This document shows positions 10,660 through 19,700 of a stretch of DNA of 20,000 nucleotides, piece after piece (position 1 is the stretch's first letter; every line of letters starts with the position of its first letter). The translations under genes and the position numbers were made by a program. The notes under the pieces are model-generated. The model saw only the letters and a list, made by a program, of their open reading frames with translations. It made no database searches and was not told the origin of the DNA. Source of the stretch: Mesotaenium endlicherianum (Eukaryota); NCBI GenBank assembly GCA_009602735.1, contig WELA01003228.1, positions 68,367-88,366 of the forward strand, given 5' to 3'.

Positions 10660-11425
10660 TCAACCTCCAGCTGTTGGGCTGTGTACGCTGCCTAAGGCTA
10701 GCTCAGAGCAGTCGTTGCAGAACCAGTCTCTAGCTGGCACGCGAGTCAGCGGCGGGTCGAGGCAGCCAATGTGGAAGTCGAGGTTGCAGCTGTCGCAGAG
10801 CAGAATCTTGGCCTCCTGGCCAGGACTGTGGCAAATCTGGCATGCCCAGTCCTTGGGCGGACGCGCGTCGTGGGGACGAATTTGCAAGTCAATGTTAGGA
10901 AGGTGGCATGGTCCACAGTTCTTCGTGTGGTCCTTGTGAAGACGGCCATGTGCGTCTTCCAGCTCCAGGACTCCTGACGCCAAGACGCGCTTGACGCGCA
11001 GGATGACCGACGAGCTGCTGGTGTCAAGGGTGTTCTTTGTCTGACGTCGCAGGTACACGAAGTCTCCTGCGGAAAACTGCAACACCCGCGGACGGTACGC
11101 TCCTCCACGAGTCATGGCATACCTCAGCGTATCGCAATGCTGTGCGATGCTGAGTTTATCTATGGCCATGGGCATCAGGCGCTGGAAGAGCTGCGCACGC
11201 TGCCCGATAAGAACGCTCCACGTCTCGGGACTGTCCAAGTCCCAGACGTTCTCGGCCACAATCCTGGCTGCGGCGGGCAGGACTGGTTGGCGGCCGTAGA
11301 GAAGGAAGTAGGGAGAGTGCGAGGCCAAGGAGGCTCGCTTACTGAACCTCTACCCCATAGCCAACCACGAGAGGGCGTCGTCCCAGTGGGTGCTGTCGTG
11401 GGCAAGGCAGTACTTCCGCAATCTG
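10660..11425 (-). pseudogene. Integrase C-terminal region fused to a C4HC3 PHD finger
   Basis: RLRKYCLAHDSTHWDDALSWLAMG*RFSKRASLASHSPYFLLYGRQPVLP..FSAGDFVYLRR..CQIC..LLCDSCNLDFHIGCLDPPLTRVPARDWFCNDC. One in-frame TAG at ~11350. The catalytic core is absent upstream. Confidence 0.88.
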
Positions 11426-11717
11426 GCCTCAGCGAAACTGTGCAGACAGATCGTCTCGAGCTGTCAACCACCTACTGTGGCCGGACAAGCTGGCACGGGG
11501 CCAGCTGGACTCGCGGGCGCGACTGCCCTCGCGCAGCTAGCTCGACGCGGGGGTTGCCAGAGATGCGGCATAAGCTCTGCTCGGGTGGCTGCTGTAAACG
11601 GGAGGCGAGGGAGCGGCCTGCCACTCGTGCGCGCCACCTTCTGAGAAGGCGTTCGTGAGGGGCCGTCGCCTGCGATGTGGCTGCGTGGGACGCCGGTGCG
11701 TCGAGCTGCAGGGTTGA

Positions 11718-12437
11718 TAAAATGAAATGATTTACCAAATAAGCGATTAACAATTAATGAAGATCTTAATATCAGCGAGTACTCTCTATGGTATTTTCAA
11801 TTTAATTGATGAAACAGCAAAAGACAACACACTAGCAGTGGACAATACTCGAAAGTCAAATGCAAGTAAACTAGCATCAATAATGCAAACAGTAAACTCA
11901 TGCATAAGCAAGGCTAGAAGACAGTGCGTATCAATGGCTTCTCGCCTTGGATTCAGATCTCTCTCGATAAGCTCTACAAGAGAGTTGGCCACATTTCCGA
12001 ATGCCGAACTTGAAAGCAATACCTAGCATATGTACATAGAATGAGTATACTGTTTAACGGCAAGTGCGATGGCACCGCCTACCCGGGAGTTAACCACGTT
12101 GGTAGGACCTCGGTTAACCAAATCCACCGCCATCTCCCATCACCCCGAATCGCCATCCATCTTAAGGATGTCATCTGGCCATTCATCTCGCATTCCACAC
12201 TTAGATGCATATCAAGGCAGTTTGCTGGTACCGAGTACGGAAGTCAGCTGGCTGTCGAACAATGTGTCAGCAAGCTGTCCTAAGTTGACTTCAGCCTGCT
12301 GCTTCCGGCTGAGTCATTAAACTGATACTTTTATAAAGTCCAGCAGACTAAACATTAACTAGAGTTCAGCAGGCTGAACTTAATCAACTATTATATTTAA
12401 ATGAATATTATATCAACCAGCATACTGATTCATTACA
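11718..12437 (-). repeat. 3' LTR of copy C (720 bp)
   Basis: TAAAATGAAAT (TG decayed to TA) ... GATTCATTACA, the same length as LTR D. Confidence 0.88.
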
Positions 12438-12452
12438 ATCCCTCCAACTTAA
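12438..12452 (-). promoter_or_regulatory. Polypurine tract of copy C
   Basis: Minus strand reads TTAAGTTGGAGGGAT directly before TGTAATGAATC (the LTR start). It is preceded by the hairpin TGTTGTCG-CCT-CGACAACA. Confidence 0.75.
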
Positions 12453-12608
12453 CATGTTGTCGCCTCGACAACACTAACACTGGGTACATGGTTTCCCCAG
12501 CTGAAATTACTGATCCCCCTCCCACCGCCTCTTGCTTTAACACTGATGCCTCACTATGGGTATCACTAGTAACAACGTGCTGTCACCTCCGCCCTCAGCC
12601 TACTGCCA

Positions 12609-13982
12609 TTATGAGGGAGATGTTCCTGGGGCCCTATGGTCAGGGGAGCGAGACCGGGAGCCAGACCTCCTTTGGTCTTGGGGTCTCGTGAAGCCTGGGG
12701 GCTCCGAGTAGTGGGAACCAAGGGGAGAACGCTGTAACTGGGCTGTTTCATCCTGTACAGTCTGAATATGAATGAAGGCAGCCTTCTCCTGGGCAGCCCT
12801 CAAACTGACAGGTACATATACTGGCATCCCAAAAGGATGTTGCATGACATGAGCCAAGGGCACATGCCCTTGCTGTGAGGGAGATGCTGGCAAGCCTCTG
12901 GCTATTTCTCTAGCAGCCCTCCTATCTGCCCTGTCTGACTGGGTCTCCGCGCCTACAGATGGGCTCTGTCCTCTGGCAATTTCCAGCCAAGTGATATCTT
13001 CCTCTTCAGCGAGCTGGTGCAAGGCTATGTCTGCCCTGGTCAACCCAGTCTTCTCCATTACAGAGGATGTGGCAGGTGTTTGGATCACAGCGGGGCTAGT
13101 GTCCTCTTCCTTGCCTTCCTCTTCTTCTTCCTCTGACCCCTCCTCTCCTTCCCCGAGCTCCTCTGAGACTGCTGGGGTCTCCTCTGTCAGCAGCTCCACC
13201 TCTGCCCGAGAAAAAGAGTACCCCACCGACCTTCCCCTTTTGGGTGCAGGTGGAGGCTGTTGAGTCCGGACCGCATATAGGTCTTTCTCTCCCTGCTTGC
13301 TTGCCCATTTGGCATAAGCGTGCTTCCCTTTAGAGAATGCCTTGCGGGCCTTGCTCCAGTCCTGCTGCATTTCTTGACTCATACAGTCCCTTACTCCATC
13401 CAATCTTGGGTCCCAAGCTGCAATGTGAGGGGGCAACACTATGTTCCCCTGTCGGTCTGTTATGAAATCTTCCTCCCTTGCCTTGTCATTTTGCTGGTCC
13501 CTCATGTTGATGGTCATCCACCGCCAATCGGTGGGCTTCTGGAAGAAGGCAAGGTCTGTCCTTTTCAGCGTACACGGGTACCAGTGCCCTGCAAAGTCCA
13601 GCTGACTGGTTTCCCTCGCCAAGAATTCCCAGGTCCTTCTCTCCACCTCATTATACATGGCCTTGAACCTGTTGTGGGATGTAGAGACCTTAAAGCTGTC
13701 CGCGTCCGTGGGGATCATCCTGATAACCCTATCTTTCCCCCAGATACCCGGAATCGATACAGCTCCTTCCTCATTCACTTGGGCCATTGCCTTGGCCTCT
13801 CTGACCGTATATCCCACCGTCCTGGCATAATCGTGGTTGAGGAGTCCTATGCTCACCTCTATATACTTGTCAAAGCTTTTGGATGTCTCCCCTTCCCTCT
13901 GCAAGATGTCCTTCTGTGACTCATTGCAACTTCTCTGGGCATACTTGAAGGCCTCCTTTAGTAGATCAGAGCCTTTGCCCAG
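12609..13982 (-). CDS. Accessory ORF of unknown function, copy C; open frame but 5' end displaced by insertion of copy D
   Basis: The frame stays open from LGKGSDLLKEAFKYAQR (13982) to the stop at 12609, and it is highly similar to the copy D protein. Confidence 0.88.
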   Translation of the reverse strand: MGKGSDLLKEAFKYAQRSCNESQKDILQREGETSKSFDKYIEVSIGLLNHDYARTVGYTVREAKAMAQVNEEGAVSIPGIWGKDRVIRMIPTDADSFKVSTSHNRFKAMYNEVERRTWEFLARETSQLDFAGHWYPCTLKRTDLAFFQKPTDWRWMTINMRDQQNDKAREEDFITDRQGNIVLPPHIAAWDPRLDGVRDCMSQEMQQDWSKARKAFSKGKHAYAKWASKQGEKDLYAVRTQQPPPAPKRGRSVGYSFSRAEVELLTEETPAVSEELGEGEEGSEEEEEEGKEEDTSPAVIQTPATSSVMEKTGLTRADIALHQLAEEEDITWLEIARGQSPSVGAETQSDRADRRAAREIARGLPASPSQQGHVPLAHVMQHPFGMPVYVPVSLRAAQEKAAFIHIQTVQDETAQLQRSPLGSHYSEPPGFTRPQDQRRSGSRSRSPDHRAPGTSPS

Positions 13983-13983
13983 C

Positions 13984-14703
13984 TGAAATGAATCGACTTA
14001 TCAAATAGGCGATTAACAATTAATAAAGATCTTTATATCAGCAAGTAATCTTAATGGTATTTCCGTTAACTGGATTTCCGACGAAGGACAATACACTAGC
14101 AGTGAATAATACTTGTAAGTCAAATGTGAGTAAACTAGCATCAATGATGCATATCAGTAAACTCATACATAAGCAAGGTTAGAAGACAGTGCGTATCAAT
14201 GGCTTCTCGCCTTGGATTCAGATCTCTCTCAGTAAACTGTACAAGAGAGTTGGCCTCGTTTCCGAATGCCGAACTCGAGAGCAATGCCTAGCATATGTAC
14301 ATGGAATGAGTTTACTGTTCAACGGTCAGTGCGATGGCACCGCCTACCCGGGAGTTAACCACGTTGGTAGGACCTCGATTAACCAAATCCACCGCCATCT
14401 CCCATCATCCCGAATCGCCATCCATCATAGGGATGTCATCTGGCCATTCATCTAGCATACCACACTTAGATGCATATCGAGGCAGTTCGCTGCTACCGAG
14501 TACGGAAGTCAGCTGGCTGTCAAAGAATGTGTCAGCAAGCTGACTTAAGGTGACCTCAGCCTGCTACTTCCGGCCAAGTCATTAAACTGATGTTAAGTAT
14601 AAGGTGTAGCAGACTGATTGTTAACTAGAGTTCAGCAGGCTGAACTTATTTAACTATATTATTTAAATGAATATTATATCAACCAATATACTGATTCATT
14701 ACA
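13984..14703 (-). repeat. 3' LTR of copy D (720 bp)
   Basis: TG...CA termini with a 10/11-bp terminal inverted repeat TGAAATGAATC / GATTCATTACA. Confidence 0.92.
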
Positions 14704-14744
14704 ATCAGGTAATAGTTTCTGTTTCCCTCACGATCNTGCTGCCA

Positions 14745-16412
14745 TTAGGAGGGAGATGTCCCTGAGGCCCTATGCTCAGGGGAGCTAGACCTCCTCCTGT
14801 CTTGGGGTCTTTTGAAGCCTGTCAGAGAAGGGGGTTCCGTGTAGGGACCCGGCGGGGAACGCAGTAACTGGGCTGTTTCCTCCTGCACAGTCTGAAACTG
14901 AAGGGAGGCAGCCTTCTCGTGGGCAGCCCTCAAACTGACAGGTACGTATATCGGCATGCCGGAAGGATGTTGCATGACATGAGCCAAGGGTACATGCCCT
15001 CTCTGCAAGGGAGATGCTGGCAGGCCTCTGGCTATCTCCCGAGCAGCCCTCCTGTCTGCCCTGTCCGACTGGATCTCCTTGCCTGGAGATGGACTCTGTC
15101 CTCTGGCAGTCCCCAGCCAAGTGATATCCTCCTCTTGAGCGAGTTGCGGCGGGGCCCACCCCGTCTTCTCCCTTACAGGGGATGTGGCAGGTGTCAGGAT
15201 CACGGCGGGGCTAGTGTCCTCCTCCTCGCCTTCCTCCTCGTCTTCCTCTGACTCCGCCTCCTCGCCGTCCCCGGGTTCCTCTGAGACTTCTGGGGTCTCC
15301 TCTGTCCGCTGCTCCAGCTCTTCCCGAGAAAAAGAATATCCTACTGACCTTCCCCTTTTGGGTGCTGGTGGGGGCTGCTGAGTCCGGACCGCATAGAGGT
15401 CCTTTTCCCCCTGCTTACTTGCCCATTTGGCATAAGCGTGCTTCCCTTTGGAGAATGACTCTCGGGCCCTGCTTCTGTCCCCCTGCATCTCTTGGCTCAT
15501 GCAGTCTCTGACTCCATCCAATCTTGGGTCCCAAGCCGCAATGTGAGGGGGCAATACTATGTTCCCCTTTAGGTCTGTCAGGAAATCCTCATCCGTCGCC
15601 CTGTCATTCTGCTGGTCCCTCATGTTGATGGTCATCCACCGCCAATCAGTGGGCTTTTGGAAGAAGGCAGCGTCTGTCTTTTTGAGAGTACAAGGGTACC
15701 AGTGCCCTGCAAAGTCCAGCTGACTGGTTTCTCTGGCCAAGAATTCCCAGCTCCTCCTCTCCACCTCATTGTACATGGCCTTGAACCTGTTGTGGGGTGT
15801 TGAGTCCTTGAAGCTGTCCGCGTCCATGGGGATCATCCTGATGACCCTATCTGCCCCCCAGATACCAGGAATCGAGACAGCTCCTGCTTCGTTCACCTGG
15901 GCCATTGCCTTGGCCTCTCCGATGGTATATCCTACCATCCTGGCGTAATCGTGGTAGAGGAGGAGCCCTGTGCCGACCTCTATATACTTGTCAAAGTTTT
16001 CGGATGTCTCCCCTTCCTTCTGGAGGATTTCCTTCTGCGACTCACTGCGACTTCTCTGGGCATACTTGAAGGCCTCCTCCAGTAGATCAAAGCCCTTGCC
16101 CAGCACCGTGTAGCGGTAGCTGCTGATTCTCCTCTGTTCTTCTTCTTCAGCCTGCTGCTTCCGCTTCTCCTCAGCTTGCCTCTCCTCCTCTGCTTTCTTG
16201 GCCTCCTCTGCAGCTTTTCTGTCCATTTCTTCCTGCCTCAGTCTGGCCTGTTCCTCCTCCTCCTTCTTCTTCTGTGCCTCCCGCTGTTGTTGGAGTCGTT
16301 GTGATTCCCGAGCGGTGATGGAAGATGATTCGATGTCTCCACGGAATTGCAAGTATTCTGCATGTGCCTCTTCCGCCCTTCTCTTCCTCTTGAGTTCCGA
16401 CTTTTGAGTCAT
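14745..16412 (-). CDS. Accessory protein of unknown function (~555 aa): N-terminal coiled coil, globular core, acidic disordered linker, conserved C-terminal motif
   Basis: Uninterrupted ORF (TTG 16421, first ATG 16412) in the same sense as pol, between the chromodomain end and the 3' LTR. Homologues in copies B and C. Confidence 0.9.
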   Translation of the reverse strand: MTQKSELKRKRRAEEAHAEYLQFRGDIESSSITARESQRLQQQREAQKKKEEEEQARLRQEEMDRKAAEEAKKAEEERQAEEKRKQQAEEEEQRRISSYRYTVLGKGFDLLEEAFKYAQRSRSESQKEILQKEGETSENFDKYIEVGTGLLLYHDYARMVGYTIGEAKAMAQVNEAGAVSIPGIWGADRVIRMIPMDADSFKDSTPHNRFKAMYNEVERRSWEFLARETSQLDFAGHWYPCTLKKTDAAFFQKPTDWRWMTINMRDQQNDRATDEDFLTDLKGNIVLPPHIAAWDPRLDGVRDCMSQEMQGDRSRARESFSKGKHAYAKWASKQGEKDLYAVRTQQPPPAPKRGRSVGYSFSREELEQRTEETPEVSEEPGDGEEAESEEDEEEGEEEDTSPAVILTPATSPVREKTGWAPPQLAQEEDITWLGTARGQSPSPGKEIQSDRADRRAAREIARGLPASPLQRGHVPLAHVMQHPSGMPIYVPVSLRAAHEKAASLQFQTVQEETAQLLRSPPGPYTEPPSLTGFKRPQDRRRSSSPEHRASGTSPS

Positions 16413-16736
16413 CCTGCTCAATCATAAACACAATGCAGTTAGTGAAGTCATGATATTTTGCCGCTACTGAGTGCCCTTGATGAAGAGGGACGCGATCGGG
16501 AGAGTTCCTAGAGTGGAATACCTGGTGTGAGCGAATATAAGGAAAAATTGAGTTGGAGAGCAAGTGAGTGTGAGCGCAGGTTGAGTGGGTAATATGGTGA
16601 TCAGAGACTACCACTCCCTCCAACTTAAATTTAAAGGTGGGCTGCCTGTCACAACTGTCACTAACTGTCACATCTCCCTCCAACTTATATGGAGACGGGA
16701 CCTCCTGTCACCTTCCCGTGTCAACTGAAATGACTG

Positions 16737-19700
16737 TTAGGGAGGTGCCCCAGCCGCCCGAAGGTGGAACCGTTTCAACGCCCCNNNNNNNNNNNNNNNN
16801 NNNNNNNNNNNNNNNNNNNNNNNNNNNNNNNNNNNNNNNNNNNNNNNNNNNNNNNNNNNNNNNNNNNNNNNNNNNNNNNNNNNNNNNNNNNNNNNNNNNN
16901 NNNNNNNNNNNNNNNNNNNNNNNNNNNNNNNNNNNNNNNNNNNNNNNNNNNNNNNNNNNNNNNNNNNNNNNNNNNNNNNNNNNNNNNNNNNNNNNNNNNN
17001 NNNNNNNNAACCGACCTGTGAACAGTGTATCACCTTTGATGTACGGTTCCAGGAAGGAGACATTAAAGACCGGGTGCCCCTTGTATTCAGCTGACATGTT
17101 CAGTTTGTAAGCATTCTGATCGACACGACGGACCACCGAATATGGACCGACCCAGACAGGGCCAAGCTTGTTCTTGACCACACCAGGGAGGTACAGGTGC
17201 TGAGAATGCAGTTTGACTAAATCCCCCTTGGAAAATGACAGTTCCCGACGGTGTTGATTAGCGTATTTTTGTTGGTTTTCTTGGGCCTTGTGCAAGTTTC
17301 GTTGGACTTCTGACAGGGTGTCAGCAAACTCCTGAGTTAACTGGAGGAAGACCGGGTTGTCAATCCCTTCAGGGTGAGTTAGAGATGCCCCTAGCACATC
17401 TAAAGGAGACTTAGGGACTCTACCCAGGCTGAGTTCGAAAGGAGTCTTGCCCGTTGACGCGTGCACCGCACTGTTGACCGCAAACTGAATTTGAGGCAAC
17501 ANNNNNNNNNNNNNNNNNNNNNNNNNNNNNNNNNNNNNNNNNNGCAGCACCTCNTCTCGCAGAACTCGGTTAGTTCTTTCAGTCTGCCCATCAGTCTGAG
17601 GGTGGTTTGCTGTGCTGAGCAGCTGTTTGACTCCCATTAACCCCATTAAAGCTCTCCAGAACTTTGAGGTGAATTTTGGGTCTCTGTCTGAGATGATATT
17701 AGAAGGGAGCCCGTGTTGGCATACTACATGGTTGTAAAATTGTCTCGCTGTTTCGAGTGCAGTCACTTTGACAGTTGTGGGGATAAAAATGTCCATTTTT
17801 GTCAGTTTATCCACTACTACCAGTATTGAATCATGCCCGTTGGCAGTTCTTGGTTGTGAGACCACCCAGTCCATGGATATAGTTTCCCAGCGTCCAGCTG
17901 GGATGGGCAGCGGTTGCAAGAGACCTCCGGGTAGTGTGTGCCGAGACTTATTTCTCTGACACTCGTCACAGGACTTGACATATTTCAAGACCTCCCGGGG
18001 TAACCCCTCCCAATGATAATGTTTTGCCAGTTTGCCAACAGTTTTGGCCTGCCCCAAATGTCCACCCAGGAGACTGTCATGAGCTTGACTCAGTAAGAGA
18101 GACCTTATTTCCAAATTATTAGGAATGACCAGCTTCAGCCTGCCTGAAGTGGTTTCAGTCACCCAGACCCCTCCCTTGAGCTTATACCCGAGTGCGGTAG
18201 CACGACACATACCAGTAGTGGGGCTGGGCTCAAATGTTGGGTCAGAAAGGTAGGCTTTCCTAAGTTGTTCAAGGAAGGACTTTTTCACCTTTAGTGAAGT
18301 GAGTGCACACAGGACTTTATCTACAGTATGCTGACTAAAGTTCCTTTCTTGCAAGTCAGGTCTTCTAGAGAGTGCATCAGCAGGATTCAACTTCCCTGGT
18401 TTGTAGTCGATCTGGACTTGGAACTGCTCCAGCATCTGGCTCCAGCGGTTCTCCCTCCTCGACAGCTTGGACTTCTTCTGAAAGTGGGTCAGAGCTAGAT
18501 GATCTGTAATCACCTTAAAAGCTTTACCATGTAAGTATGCTCTCCACTGTTTGAGTACATGAATGATAGCTAGCAGCTCTTTATCATGCACTGAGTAATT
18601 AATCTCCGCTGGATTAAATTTCATAGACTCATACAACACAGGATGCCACTCCTGCCGTACCTTACCATCCTTTGTGGTTTTGTCAGCAGGCTGCAACAAA
18701 ATAGCACCCATGGCAAAATCAGAGGCATCAGTAACCACCTGCACCGGTTTGCTGGGGTCATACACGGCTAGCACTGGGGCAGAACAAAGGGCATCTTTAA
18801 GGGTCTGGAAGGCAGCCTGCTGCTCTTCCCCCCACACATACCCGATGTCTTTCTTAGTAAGGTCAGTCAGTTTACTGGCCTTTGTGGAATAATTCTCAAT
18901 AAATCTCCTATAGTAGTTAGCCAACCCGAGGAAGGATCTAACTTCAGAGACAGACTGTGGTACTGGCCAGTCCCTTATGGTCTGGACTTTCTTAGGATCC
19001 ACACTGATGCCCTCTTTACTGACAACGTGGCCTAAGAATTCAATACTTTCCTTAAAGAAATCACACTTGCTCATTTTAGCATACAAGTGATTTTTCCGCA
19101 GAGTGTCCAGCACTTTCTTTAAGTGTTCAGTGTGCTGAGCTTCATCTTTAGAGAAAATTAAAATATCATCCAGGAAAACTTGCACAAACTTATCCAAATA
19201 AGGTCTGAAAATGTCATTCATAGCACCCATAAAGGTAGCAGGAGCATTAGTCAGTCCAAATGGCATCACGTTGAACTCATAGTGTCCATAACGTGTGCGG
19301 AAAGCAGTCTTGTGTTCATCCCCCTCAGCAATTCTGATTTGATGATAACCACTCTTGAGATCTATCTTACTGAACACCTTAGCGCCAGACAGGGTATCAA
19401 GCAAGTCCTCGAATCTGAGTAAAGCATACTTGTTCTTTACTGTAATTCTGTTCAGGGCTCTGTAATCCACACACATCCGCATACTGCCATCCTTTTTCTT
19501 AACAAATAGGATAGGTGCGCCGTACGGCGATTTACTGGGAGAAATGTAACCATTTTCCTCCAACTCTGCAATCTGTGTTTTCAACTCCTCACTCTCCAAA
19601 TAAGACAAGCCATACGTGCGTTGCCAGGGTGGCTGGCTACCAGGTAATAAATCAATCCTATGATCTACTTCCCGCTTAGGGGGTAGTCCTGGAGGCATAT

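Larger units (their letters stand above)
10452..11717 (-). mobile_element. GC-rich Ty3/Gypsy fragment with integrase-PHD finger, PPT and short putative 3' LTR; interrupted by copy C
   Basis: Integrase C-terminal motifs plus PHD. G-rich PPT GAGCGGGGGGGGGAA immediately after the stop (10645-10659). An AT-rich ~190-bp segment begins TGTAGT at 10452, where copy B protease similarity appears to end. Confidence 0.8.
11718..13983 (-). mobile_element. Chromovirus copy C (3' LTR plus 3' part of accessory ORF), interrupted by copy D
   Basis: LTR, PPT and accessory ORF are colinear with B and D. Sequence breaks at ..TTGCCCAGC|TGAAATG, where copy D's own ORF reads ..TTGCCCAGC|ACCGTG. Confidence 0.92.

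Noticed and set aside
10700..10850. Host chromatin gene with a PHD finger
   Set aside because: It is in frame with integrase motifs, intronless, and followed immediately by a PPT.
14189..14455. 88-aa plus-strand ORF in the LTR, repeated at 4267-4533
   Set aside because: It starts at GTG, is broken by stops in LTRs A and C, and B and D differ by many amino-acid changes. Recurrence is explained by LTR homology rather than coding selection.
734..14703. CRISPR array or satellite suggested by recurring repeats
   Set aside because: The repeats are ~720-bp dispersed LTRs with TG..CA ends, not short regularly spaced units.
12991..16407. Plus-strand ORFs antisense to the accessory gene (e.g. 13320-13919) and similar short ORFs opposite pol
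   Set aside because: Shadow frames of real coding sequence, low complexity, and not consistently conserved between copies.
14745..16421. env gene or gag
   Set aside because: No signal peptide, transmembrane helix or CCHC knuckle, and it lies downstream of pol. The gag region is outside the window.
16708..16784. ORF-track C-terminus of pol ([10 protein letters not shown]...)
   Set aside because: The frame across the 224-N gap is arbitrary. Copy B has 190 bp there and supports the [15 protein letters not shown] frame ending at 16737.
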